NCBI RefSeq assembly: GCF_009914755.1
Contig: NC_060931.1
Strand: one strand, 5' to 3'
Source: the human T2T-CHM13v2.0 reference genome, Homo sapiens
DNA length: 64,000 nucleotides
Every line of letters begins with the position of its first letter. Within the stretch, counting starts at the first letter, position 1. The translations under genes were made by a program, and so were the position numbers. The notes beneath the pieces are model-generated. The model searched no databases. It saw only the letters and a list, made by a program, of their open reading frames with translations, and was not told the DNA's origin. Shown piece by piece: positions 25,601-38,559 of this stretch.

Positions 25601-28600
25601 TTGAATCTTCTCTCTTCTTTTCTTGGTTAATCTTGCTAATGGTCTATCAATTTGATTTGTCATTTCAGATAACCAGCTTTGTGTTTCATTTATCTTTTGC
25701 ATTTTTTTTGTTTAAATTTCATTTCATTCTGCTCTGATCTTCATTATTTCTTTTCTTCTGCTGGGTATGAGTTTGGTTTGTTTCTCTAAGTCTTTGAGAT
25801 GTGACTTTACGTTGGCTGTTTGTGCTCTTTCAGATGTTTTGATGTAGGCATTTAAGGCTATGAGCTTTCCTTTTAGCATTGCCTTTGCTGTATCCCAGAG
25901 GTTTTGACAGGTTGTGTCACTATTATCATTCAGTTCAAAGAATTTTTGAATGTTAATCTTGATTTCATTGTTGACCCAATGATCATTCAGGAGTAGGTTA
26001 TTTAATTTCTATGTATTTGCATGGTTTTGAGGGTTCCTGTTGGAGTTGATTTCCCATTTTATTCAACTGTGGTCTGAGAGAGTACTTAATATAATTGTGA
26101 TTTTCTTAAATTTACTCAGACTTGTTTTGTGTCCTATCATATGGTCTATCTTGGAGAATGTTCCATGTGCTAATGAATAGAATGTATATTCTGTAGCACA
26201 TGAATGTTCTGTAATCATCTGTTGAGTCCATTTGTTCTAGGGTATAGTTTAAGTCCATTGTTTCTTTGTTGACTTTCTGTCTTGGTGACCTGACTAGTGC
26301 AGACAGTGGAGTATTAAAGTCCTCCACTATCATTGTGTTGCTATCTGTCTCATTTTTTAGGTGTAGTAGTAATTGTTTTATAAATTTAGGAGCTCCATTG
26401 TTAGGTGCATATATGTTTAGGATTGTGATATTTTCTTGTTGGGCTAGTCCTTTTGTCATTATATAATGTCCTTCTTTATCTTTTTTTTAACTGCAGTTGC
26501 TTTAAAGTTTGTTTTGTCTGATATAAAAATTGCTACTCCAGCTTGCTTTTGGTGTCCATTTGCATGGAATATCTCTTTCCACCCCTTTACCTTAAGCTTA
26601 TGTGTATCCTTATGTGTTAGATGAGTCTCCTGAAGACAGCAGAAATTTGGTTGATGAATTCTTCTCTATTCTGCCATTCTGTATCTTTTAAGTGGAGCAT
26701 TTAAGCCATTTACATTCAATGTTAGTACTATTTGTTGCCTGAATGTCTTGTTTGTTTGTCTGTTTCATTGTGTTATTGTTATATAGGTCCTGTGAGATTT
26801 ATGCTTTAAAGAGGTTCTATTTTGGTGTATTTTGAGGATTTGTTTTAAGATTTAGAGCTTGTTTTAGCAGTTCTTGTAGAGTGGGGCTGGTAGTGGCGAA
26901 TTCTCTCAGCATTTGTTTGTCTGTAAAAGACTGTATCTTTCCTTCATTCATGAAGCTTAGATTTGCTGGATACAAAATTCTTGGCTGATAATTGCTTTGT
27001 TTAAGGAGGTTAAAAATAGAACCCTGATCCCTTCTAGCTTTCAGGATTTCTTCTGAGAAATCTGCTGTTATTCTGATAGCTTTTCCTTTATAGGTTACCT
27101 GATGCTTTTGCCTCATAGCTCTTAAGATTCTTTCCCTTGTCTTTACTTTAGATAACCTGATAACTATGTGCTTATTTGCATGGTTTTGAGGGTTCCTTAA
27201 AACGTAGGTGATGATCTTTTTTCAATGAATTTCCCAGGTGTTCTTTGAGCTTCTTGTATTTGAATGTCTAGATCTCTAGCAAGGCCAGGGAAGTTTTTCT
27301 TGATTATTCCCTCATATATGTTTTCCACACTTGTAGATTTCCCTTCTTCCTCAGGAAAACCAATTAGTCTTAGGTTTAGATGCTTAACATAATCCCAAAC
27401 TTCTTGGAGGCTTTGTTCATTTTTTAAAATTCTTTTTTCTTTGTCTTTGATGAATTGGGTTAATTAGAAAGTCTTGCCTTTGAGCTCTGAAGTTCTTGCT
27501 TCTGCTTTTCCAGTTCTATTGCTGAGACTTTCCAGTGCGTGTTGCATTTCTCTAAGTGTGCCTTGATTTCCAGAAGTTGTGATTTTAAAAAATTTATGGT
27601 ATCTATTACACTGGAGATTTTTCCTTCCATGTCCTGTATTATATTTTTGATTTATGTAAGTTAGAGTTCACCTTTCCCTGGCTCCTCCTTGGTTAGCTTA
27701 ATAATTGACCTTCTAAATTATTTTTCTGACAATTCAGAGATTTTGTTTTGGTTTTGATCCATTGCTGGTGAGCTGATACGATCTTTTAGGGGTGTTAAAG
27801 AATTATGTTTTGTCATATTACCGGAATTGTTTTTCTGGTTTCCTCCTCATTTGGGTAGACTATGTCAGAGGGAAGATCTGGGACTCTAGCTGCTGTTTAG
27901 ATTCTTTTGTCCCACAGGGTGCTCCCTTCATGTGGTGCTCTTCCCCTTGCCCTAGGAATGGGGCTTCCTGAGAGCCCAACTGTAGTGATTGTTTTTACCC
28001 TTTTGTGTTTAGCCACCCAGCAGAGCTACCAGGCTCCAGGATGGTATTGGGGAGTGTCTGCAAAGAGTCCTGTGATGTGATCCATCTTCAGGTCTTTCAG
28101 CCGTGGATACCAGCACCTGCTCAGGTGGAGGTAGCAGGGGAATGAAGTGGACTCTGAGGTTCCTTGGTTGTATTTTTGTTTAGTGTGCTGGTTTTGCATT
28201 GGTTGGCCTCCAGCCAGGAGGTGGCGCTTTCAAGAGTGTATCGGCTGCCCTTGTGGAAGAAGGATCAGGTGGTGGGTGGGGCCATAGAGTTCCCAAGAGA
28301 TTATGTGCTTTATCTTCAGCTACCAGGGCAGGTAGAGAAGGACCATCAGATGGGGGCAGAGTTAGGTGTGTCTGAGCTCAGACTCTCCTTTGGTGGGGCT
28401 TGCTGTGGTGGCAGTGGGGGTGGGTGTGTGGTTCTCAGGCCAGTGGATTTATGTTCCTCAGGGGATTATGGCTGCCTCTGCTGAGTCACACAGGTTGCCA
28501 GGGAAGTGGGGTAAGTCGGCAGTCACAGGCTTTACCCCGCTGCCATACAGCCTGCAGTCCTAAAGACAGGTCTCACTCCCACCGTGGCCCTCCCAACAGC

Positions 28601-28867
28601 ATCAAGTCAATTTCTGGGCAGTTGGTGACCAGGGCTGAGAACTTGCCCCAGAGAACTCAGCCTTCCTGCTGAGAAAGCAAATGGACTCATGGTTTTCCGA
28701 TGTCTCATTGAGCCAGCAGCAGTGATCCAGTTCCTTCAAAGGGTCTGTGGATTCTCTCAGCTTTCCTGGTATGTTCCTAGGGTAATTCTTGTAGCAAAAG
28801 TTCACGATATGAGTCTTCACATGCAGCTGTCTGAGCAGGAGCTGCAGGCTAGTCCTGCCTCCTTTCC
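22631..28867 (-). mobile_element. Near full-length (~6.2 kb) inactive L1PB1-like LINE-1
   Basis: L1PB-type 3' UTR (tttcaataggtttttggggaacaggtggtg). Broken ORF2 pieces include EN (NIYAPN.GAP, 26112-26459) and RT/C-terminal segments; ORF1 piece at 26817-27116; 5' UTR to ~28867. Diverged 17-bp TSD. Confidence 0.95.
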
Positions 28868-29087
28868 CTCTATGGTAACATCTCTGATTCTAATTCTCCT
28901 TATTGCTTTCCTTAGAACTATCAAAACAATGTTAAATGGCAATGCATTTTCTCATTTAATGGTAATATTTCTATTTATGAAATGATGGATTGAAAATTAT
29001 CTACAAATTTTCATCTAATGTAGACATTATTTTGTTGGCAATTTTATAAAAAGTTCTTACAAGAATATTTTAAATTTATCACTTTAA

Positions 29088-29383
29088 GGCCAGGTGCAGT
29101 GGCTCACACTTGTAATCCCAGCATTATGGGAGGCCGAGGTGGGAGGATCACCTGAGGTCAGAAGTTCAAGACCAGCCTGGCCAACATGGTGAAACCCCAT
29201 CTCTACTAAAAATACAAAAATTACGTGGGCGTGGTGGTGTGTGCCTGTAATCCCAGCTACTCAGGAGGCTGAAGTGGGAGAATCACGTCAACTCTGGAGG
29301 CGGAGGTTGCAGTGAGCCAAGATCACACCACTGCACCCCAGCCTGGGTGACAGAGTGAGACTCCATCTCAAAAAAAAAAAAAA
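29088..29383 (+). mobile_element. AluS (Sx/Sz-like)
   Basis: Full dimer with A tail; degraded TSD (aaatttatcactttaa / aaaattataacttcaa). Confidence 0.95.
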
Positions 29384-30094
29384 TTATAACTTCAACATTT
29401 ATAAAGTTGCATGTATTTTATAGTTCTTTTCCTTTTGACAAATTTGTTATAAATAAGAGGTAGTTGATTATCCACCTATCCTTAGCTTTCCATAATAAAT
29501 TTTATTTTTGTTAGATTTTTAATATTTTTGTTAAATTTCATATGCTAATAGTCTATATAGATTTTATATTTATTATTCATAAGAAAAATTAATTTGTTGA
29601 AAACATCATTTTCAATTTTTGCTATTAACTATTTTGCATTTTTGTAATTTTGACAATTTGTGTTTCCTTAGAAACTCATTAATTTAATTTAAAATTGCAA
29701 ATTACTTACATAGGATTATAACTATGGTTCTCCTAAAATTTGTATTTCCTTCCTATACCTGTGTCTGTATATTTGTGTTTTATTTCTATAAGTTATATTT
29801 TCCAGATTCTGACTTTTATTTTTAAAAGGATGAAATATTAATTTATTTAGAAATTCAAATTATTTTTGCTTTTCAAATTTATCAAACTTTGTCATTCTTC
29901 TTAATCCCCCACCATGCTTTTCTCAATCTAGTTTTGTTGTTTTATTTCTAACTTTTTGATTTAAGTGTTTTTTGTGTTTTTCATCTTAAAATAAAAAATC
30001 AAATTATGAGGACTACCAATATGCTTTTTGTACAGCTTTTACCTTGATCCTAAAAATGTAATAAATCATAGTATTGTTGTTATTCTCTAAATGA

Positions 30095-30728
30095 TGTTAG
30101 AAATACATTTTCAGTGCCACAAAGGAAGTAGCACTCGAACATGAATTTTCTCAGCAAGGCAATTTTACTTCTATAGAAGGATGCATCTCACGGATGGAGC
30201 AATGGCGAGAGCACACCTGAACAAGGGAGGGGAAGGAGTTTTTATCCCTGACGCAGGTAGCCCCTACTGCTGTGTCATTCCCCTATTGATTAGGGTTGGA
30301 CCACACAGTCTAAGCTAATTCCTACTGGCTATTTTAAAGAGAGCAGGGTTACGAGCCAGAGTGGTGGGATGAGCAGTTCTGGTGGGAAAGACGGTTACAG
30401 AACAAATGACTAAATGTGACTCAGGTCAGAACAGGTGACCAAGGGTGACTCAGGTTGCAGCAGGTGATCAGGGGTGACTCAGGACAGAGCAGGTGATCAG
30501 GAGTGACTCAGGATGGAGCAGGTGACCAGGGGTGACTCAGGACTGAGCAGATGACCAGGGAAACAGTTGTGAACTACTGATTACAACTGGTGGGGAGGTT
30601 GTTTACTGAAACTAGGGGAAGGAGATGAGGAGAACAAGGAAGTTAAACTTTAAAATGAAGGTCATAGAACTGAACATACTGACATACTGATACTTTGAAG
30701 AGAAACTTAGAACTCACTGTATTTAACA
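30095..30728 (-). mobile_element. Solo LTR10 (LTR10F-like, HERV-I group, ERV1), 634 bp
   Basis: Inverted termini tgtta...taaca with 4-bp TSD atga (30091-94 and 30729-32). Minus-strand start tgttaaatacagtgagttctaagtttctcttcaaag. Internal AP-1 tandem repeat. Confidence 0.85.
30416..30560. promoter_or_regulatory. 29-bp tandem repeat x5, each unit with an AP-1 site TGACTCA (candidate enhancer)
   Basis: TGACTCA starts at 30417, 30446, 30475, 30504 and 30533. Unit is about GTGACTCAGGAC(A/G)GAGCAGGTGA(C/T)CAGGG. Motifs are seen directly; activity is inferred. Confidence 0.75.
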
Positions 30729-30804
30729 ATGACATATATGATTTTAATATAGTATTTTTATCAAACTTTAGAAGGCTTTTTTTCAGATACTCATTATCTT
30801 ATTT

Positions 30805-31121
30805 TTTTCTTTCTTTCTTTCCTTTTTTTTTTTTTTTTTGAGGTGGAGTCTTGCTCTAGCACCCAGCCTGGAGTGCAGTGGTGCGATCTCAGCTCACTGT
30901 AACCTCTGCCTCCTGAGTTAAAGTGATTCTCCTGCCTCAGCCTCCTGAGTAGCTGGGATTACAGGCGCATGCCACTGCACCCGACTACATTTTGTATTTT
31001 TAGTAGAGATGGGGTTTTACCATGTTGGCTAGGCTGGTCTCGAACTGCTGACCTCAGGTGATCCACCCACCTCGACCTCCCAAAGAGCTGGGATTACAGG
31101 TGTGAGCCATCGCGCCCAGCC
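30805..31121 (-). mobile_element. AluS (Sx/Sz-like)
   Basis: Full dimer; TSD tatcttattt at 30795-30804 and 31122-31131. Confidence 0.95.
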
Positions 31122-31819
31122 TATCTTATTTCTTCCTTCAATATTTTTACAAAATAATTTTAAAGACTTTTTTGAAGTTTAATTTACATATGAAAAAGAA
31201 CATCCAATGACTTTTCATAAAATGAATATAATTATATAATCTGTACCTACCTCAAGAAACAGAACCAGACCACCAACCCATAAATTCCATCTAATCACAT
31301 CCCTGTTGAGGTTAACTCTTATTTGCATCTTTTTTGTTTTTAATACAACTTAATGTATTATTAAAGGCAATCTTGTAAACAAAACTCAGGACAAGAAGTA
31401 GAACTTTGGTAGCTAACTTATAAGTCATTCTATGTACTCCATTCCAAATACAACCTCTTCCATTTAAATGATTTTTTTTGAATTCATTACGCAAGAGTCT
31501 ATTCCTAGACACCATAGTTTAATCTTGCATGTTTGTAAGATACTTGATAGGGCCTTTAAGTTACTCAATTCACAGGTCCTTTCTCCATTCCTTTCATTTC
31601 TTTACAAACTCTCTGTCGAAGAACCTGAACTGTTGGACATGGTGAGTTGGCCTACAAACTTTGCTGACTGCATACTGATGATGGAATTTAATATGTTCAT
31701 TTGTTCTGTTTCTTGCAATTGCAGCTGGATTCAGAGGTTTAGTTAGACGCAGGTTCAATCCTTTGGCATGACTAAACAGGAGATGATGTTCTCTTTCATC
31801 AAGAGGCACATAATGTCTG

Positions 31820-32011
31820 GGCCAGGTGAGGTGGCTCATGCCTGTAATCCTAGCACTTTGGGAGGCTGTGGCGGGCGAATTGCTTGAGCCCAGAGTTTGA
31901 GACCGGTCTGGGAAACATGGGGAAACCCTGTCTCTACCAAAAATACAAAAATTAGCCAATCTCATAACCTTGTGTAAAAATAATAAATATTAAAATATAA
32001 AACTAAAAAAT
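31820..32011 (+). mobile_element. AluJ-like left monomer plus linker plus non-Alu tail, bounded by a TSD
   Basis: ttgcttgagccca (J-type). Alu similarity stops at attagcc (31957). TSD aggcacataatgtctg / aggcacataatagctg. Confidence 0.88.
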
Positions 32012-34129
32012 AGGCACATAATAGCTGGTCTTTAGTCTTTTTTTTTTTGCTTTTAGCAGTTTTGATGTTTAATGCTTAGGTGAATTCATCCATTGCAAAA
32101 TGGTCATGTTTTAACCTAGTCTTTTTGTTTTCATTTACTAGTTTGGATAATTTTGTACAGAGATGCTTTAACTGTCTTTTATTTGGCTACTCAGAGGTAC
32201 AGTTCATACAGGAAAAGAGACAGAATTTATTTACCCAGTTTTCACGATAATCAATTGGTTTTCAGCTGTCCTCAGAAAGTGACAGATTAGGTTTTCATGT
32301 ATTTGTTTCCTTGTATCATTCTGACTTCATTCTGATAGAATTAGAATGTATCACAAGTGTCACTTTGTGCTTAGTTATCTCTTTTACTTCTTAGAATTTC
32401 CCTTTTTTATTCTCTCGACATTCTCCTCTAGTCATTTCTTCATCCATATACTAGAAATAATAACTCAAATGTTTAAATGAAGGTTCAATGCTATACCACA
32501 TAAAATCCACCTTGTGCAGAAACAGACATGCTGTTGTCATTTAACTGCAACTAACTTATATGAAGAAAATTGCAGACCTGAAATCAAATCTATCTTGCTC
32601 CAAATGCTACATGCTATATCTGTTTCTGTCTGTCGGCAGATAATGCAGTTTTACTTGGGTTAATCTATGTCAATAGGTGAAAACTCAACATTAAGAGCTA
32701 ATTATGTTTGAGAACAGAAAGTAGAGAAAATTTATTAGTTGAGCAAGTGTTTGAGGTTGGTATGTGTAAAGAGAGTTGTGATACTACTTACTCTGAAAGG
32801 AAATCCTGCTGTATGGGATTGAATCTCTCTCAAGTGTTTCCTTGATTTTTCTCTGCAGTCATAGAAGAAGTAAGATATTTTTGTTGAATTTGGAGGTAGG
32901 TTTTGAAAAAAAAAATTCTAACTTCTCTATTTACAAGTACATGTAGACAAAAGAATTTTAACTTATAAAGCAAAATTAGGTTTATTTCTTCATCCCTGGA
33001 AGACTGACTCTCTCCTTTGTAATTCTATTTCATCATTTGTAAAATAATTGGAAAATGAAATTCAAATAACTACTCTTGAAAAGAAGAATAAATTTACATA
33101 CAAATAATGGTCTGCAAGTCCCTTATTATACTCCATATCTGTGTAATTAGTTTAATTATAACTAAATCATGCTTGCATTAATTATATTTTAACCTTGATT
33201 ATTTGTAATGTTAATTGCACATTGGTATTCAAAGAATTAAATAGGTAATTAGCAGCACAATGGAATTTTTCACTACTTAGAGAGTTGAAATGTACCTTCC
33301 TGCCCATGAAGCCCATAGCTTATTGCTACCTAATTGAAACACATCTACTCATTCATTCAATATATTAAGGTATTTTTGTCTCTTCTTTGAGGTTATATTA
33401 TCTAAAACAGGGCTCTTTTACTTTCCTGTTTAATTTACTAATCTCCATGAATGCACATCTTCAAACTTGAGAGTAATACATGTCTAAATATATTTCAAAA
33501 TTGTCCACTGTAGTTTGGCTCAGAGCATGTCATGTTCTCCTGATATACTGATAGTTGTCTCAGGCCAGAAATCACATGCATTTTTATTATTATTATTTTC
33601 TATTCTCTGTAGCTCTTCTTCCTACTATCGTAACTCTCAACTTTTTGTCTTGGCAAGTTGTCAAGGCTGCAGCATGATAGACTAGGTCCCAGAGGAAGTG
33701 AAGACAAGGAAGTGAAGTAAGGAATTTAAGACTAAGATTTGTTTTATGAATTTGATCAACACAGTTGAGAAGCAGGCATAAGAATAAATAATTATTTGAC
33801 TTAAAACTAGCAGTCTCATATCTGGAACACTAAAGTCCTGCTAAGGTAGTGGCAAGATTAACAAAAGGCTCTAAAAATTGGAGACAAGTTTTCTGATGAA
33901 AATCTTATGTTGTGATATTTACTTAAAATATGAAAGGCTGTGGCATTTTTATTTGGTCAGCATAGTGTTAAAATTTTGGATTTGGATTGGCGTTGGTTCC
34001 AGTTTGTCACAGTTGCCACCATTGCTTGTTGCCTTATTGATGGACACCATCAAACATTTACTTGGACTATTACATCTGAAATTATTGAAATTTGTGGCTC
34101 CTGAACACCATAAATGTTAATCTCATTAG

Positions 34130-34350
34130 CCATGATTTACTGTGTCTCTCTTATTCGCCGAGTATTAAGTTAGGGGCTTTACATTCTAGATCTTATTTGA
34201 TAATTATAATGACAAAGAGGTTGTTATCCTAATTTTACTGACAAGAATCTAAGATTCAGAAAAATTAAGTGGCTTGCCGGAAGTCAAACTTCTAGAACAT
34301 GATGGAGCTTTGAATCCAAGTTTTTGAAACTCTAAATCACATGCAGTTCC
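34130..34350 (-). mobile_element. MIR
   Basis: gttatcctaattttactgacaagaatctaagattcagaaaaattaagtggcttgccggaagtca. Confidence 0.7.
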
Positions 34351-36016
34351 TATCCACCCTTTGACTATTAGAGAAAACAAAGTAGTCACAATCAATGAGA
34401 CAGAACATAAAATATTTTAAAAGGGAGAAGAAAAAGAGATATATATATACATATAAAATATCATGTATATAAATATCATATGATATATATCTTAGTTATA
34501 TCTATATATATATTTTAAAAGGAAAGTTGACAGATAACAGAGCAGGCACATATTTTTATAATAAATATTATTGGGAGTATCTTTCCTTAAAAAATCAGAC
34601 ACTCAGAAACTGGGTTAAAAAAGGTATTTTTTTTTTTACATGACACAACACACCATTACAGTGAAATTAAAAATAATGGCCATTATGCAAATGAAAACAA
34701 AACAAAACTGTATAAATACGTTAACATTTAAATATATAATTCAAGTAAAGGTACATATGAGGCAAAGACACTACTAAATAAAATACATTCTTTGATGTGA
34801 AGTCATTGCAGTCAAGAAATTCTGTATATGAAAGACATAGAATGATAAGGTGTAAAGCAAAGTCTGTTGGGAAAACCAGAAAGAGAATGAGAGGATACGT
34901 TGGAAGGAAGAGACCTTAACTCTTTAATTATCTAATAGTTACAAAGTGTAATATATTTGGAGAATGAGTTTCACGTCATCAACACAAGAAACAAGACTGT
35001 TTATCATACAAACATGACAAATACAACTCTTCATTTTTATTTATGAAGTACTAGAGTAATTCCTGTTAAAATAAGAAACAGAATAACATGATCAACATTA
35101 TTATTTAGCATTTTCTGGAATTTAAGTTCCTGCTATAAGACATAGTTTAAAAAATAGTATGAGTATTTATACTGCTAATTATTATCTTTTGTGTCATCAT
35201 ACACTTAAATACCCAAGAAGATCAATTAAGAAATAATTTCAACTGAAGTGGCCAGAAAAAATAATAAATACATTCAAGGCTATATAATATGAAAAACAAT
35301 TACAATAGAAAAAAACACATGCAAGGTAATGAATAACCTTAGAAGGAAATATGGTCAACCTATATGTTAAAATGTAGATGATGTTTTCAGCATAAAAGAA
35401 TAAATAAGTAATAAGATAATACCATGTTGCTGAATGGAAAAGCTGAATCATCTTACTATTACTCTCCTCTAGCAAGTTTTATAGATTTAATGTAATTCCA
35501 ATTGATATTGCAGAGAATAGAGTAGGCTTTACACAGAATTTCTGAAGTTTTAAACACAAGAATAAATAGATGGGTCTAATCGTGACATTTTTCAAAAAGA
35601 ATAGGTTGATAATGGCTAAATGACTTAAGAAATATTTCAGTGCATTATATTGACTTTGTAATAAAATAATGTCTTTCTAATTGGATTGCTTAATCGATAA
35701 GAGAAAATCAAAATATAAAAAAGGTAGTATACACATTTTACATTAGTGATAAAAGGAAAAGAAGTTGCAAAATTTTCCTGAGATTGGTATTTTCTATCCC
35801 TCAAAGAAAATTAGAAATAAGGCAAATAAACACATTGTTTATTCAATAAGGACATTTCTTTTAGACATTAAATTAATATAAAATTTACAGTAGAAAATAC
35901 AGATATATTTAAACATAGAAATTTAAATTTCTTCTGTAAGTCGAAACATTAAAATTGAAAGGCTGAAAACAAGGATCAAATAAGACAAAGCATTAATAGG
36001 TATAATATGTAAATTA

Positions 36017-36418
<402 letters not shown>

Positions 36419-36957
36419 TTAATAAACATTTTAAAAATAGTTGCCATCATTAATATAAAAATGCAAAACAAACAACAGATACATATATATTTTTAATCAT
36501 TATAAACAACTAAAATGTAGTGCACAATTTCATGAAGGTATAGTAAAGTGGACACTGTTATATGCTTATCTTTGGAATATAAATCATAATTTTACTGGAG
36601 TTAAGCATGGCAATATATATAAAAAATACTTGGGCTAATAATTTTCCTTCTGGGAAATTTGTGCCTAGGGAGATAACAGAAACTTGGATAAAGGTTTAAA
36701 TGAAAATATATTTATTCTAGTAAATAATTGAGAAGGTATTGTTCCTATATATTTAACAATTACATTAATTACAAAATGTTGGTGCAAAATCATTTAAAAT
36801 AATATTAAATATATTAAAATGGAAGATTAGCATAACTTGAAAATGCTCTCATTACTAGATAAGAATTATCTAAAACGATTATATTAGTACCTATCTGAGG
36901 TCACAAGAAAGGAGGGAAATTTCCAGGTGCCATAAAAGAAGAAACCAACAAACCTGA

Positions 36958-37779
36958 TGTGATACTGTGCAATATATATTTTTGTCTTAGACCCATTTCC
37001 AAGCCTACAACTCCTAAAATTCTTGGAATGTCCAAACTGATGTAATTTTTATGCTAATGATTTATGGCGCTGGCAGCCTCTAGGTCACTTCAGGATGGGG
37101 CTGGTCACCAGAAAGACCAAGGCAGGATTACAGGGTTGGGACTTCCAGCCACACCCCTCAATCTCAGGGGATGATGAGACGCTGAAGGTTAAGTTGATCA
37201 CAAATGACCAACGATTTATTCAACCATGCCTCTGTAAAAGCTCTGTAAAATCCCCCAAAACTGTGTTCAGGGAGTTTCTGGATACCTGAACACTTGATAG
37301 TTCCTGGAGGGTGGTTCCCAGAGAGGGATGGAAGCTCCATACCCCTTCCCACATGCTTTCCCTTATACATCTTTTCATTTCTATCTTTTGTAATAGTCTT
37401 TGTAATAAACTGGTAAATGCAAATAAGTGTTTCCCTGAGTTCTGTGAGCCATTCTAGCAAATTAATCAAACCCAAGAAGAGGGTCATAGGATCCCTGGCC
37501 GATCCCAAAAGGTCAGAAGCTCAGGTAAAACAACCTGAGGCTTGTGACTGGCATCTGAAAGGGAGCGGTCTTGGGGACTGAGCCCTCAACTTGTGGGATC
37601 TGATTATGTCTGCAGGCAGATAGGGTCAGAATAGAACTGAACTAGAGAACATTCAGCTGGTGTCTGCTGCAGAAATGATTGCTTGATTGTTGGTGGGGAG
37701 AAATCCCCACACATTTGGTCACAGAAGTCTTGTGTTGATTGTTGTGGTGTGAGAGCAGAGGAAAAACAGAGTTTTCACA
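36958..37779 (+). mobile_element. MER21 (MER21B-like) solo LTR, sense to the gene
   Basis: Starts tgtgatactgtgcaatatatat. Contains ttcaggatggggctggtcaccagaaagaccaaggca and gtaataaactggtaaat..gtgtttccctgagttctgtgagcc. Confidence 0.85.
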
Positions 37780-38559
37780 CTTTCATTCCAGAGTAATTGC
37801 TTGTGTTGCCACCTAAGAAAGGGGCAAAGCATATGTAAATTTCTGATTTGGAGGCATAGGTTTTAATGTCCCTGATGGTGCAAGAGCTATGACTGCAGCT
37901 CTGCATGTGGAGAAGCATTGAACTGAAACTCTGTATAAAGCTAGGATCGTTGAAAGGCTGCATCCTTACTGAAGGGGTAGGATCTAGAAAAGACCTTCTA
38001 CTGGCATAGAAAGATAATAGGAAAACATTAATTTCTGTCTAGGATTAGAGGTGAAAAGAAAAAAATCTCCCCTGGAATTTTGAAAACCTGAGCTTATACC
38101 CTAGAACTGAAACTCCTAGAATTGTGGGAGTTTAAATTTGACTACCTGTGATCTGAGAACCACAACTCCCCCTACCCAAGAATATAACATAAACATTGAC
38201 CTCAGTTTGATGATACCCATGGGCACTTTTAAGAAGAAAACACAAATCTTTGCAAGGATGGTCTCACAGCTCATATATCATTTTTTTTCAAGAGCCCATT
38301 AAAGTGGAGTGACTAAACAAACATTACAAAACACACAAGACAACTATCTACTATATAGATAAATTAATGGCTATCACAAAAAGGAGAATTGGCACACAAA
38401 GAATGTAATGTAAGAGAACTACAATCACAAAGAAAATGTAAGAAGTACCATGATATGAGAGAGAATAGATTTGAAAAAAAAAGTACTAAGATTAAAAACT
38501 GTGGCTATTAAAAAGAAAAACAATGGTTGGGTTAAAAACAAATGATGTACTGCTAATAA

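Noticed and set aside
22986-27116. Cluster of ORFs with reverse transcriptase/endonuclease-like peptides
   Set aside because: Frameshifted remnants of ordinary L1 ORF1/ORF2; not a novel retro-system and not functional.
30416-30560. Regularly spaced repeats as a CRISPR-like array
   Set aside because: Head-to-tail 29-bp units with no unique spacers, inside an LTR in primate DNA; it is a tandem repeat.
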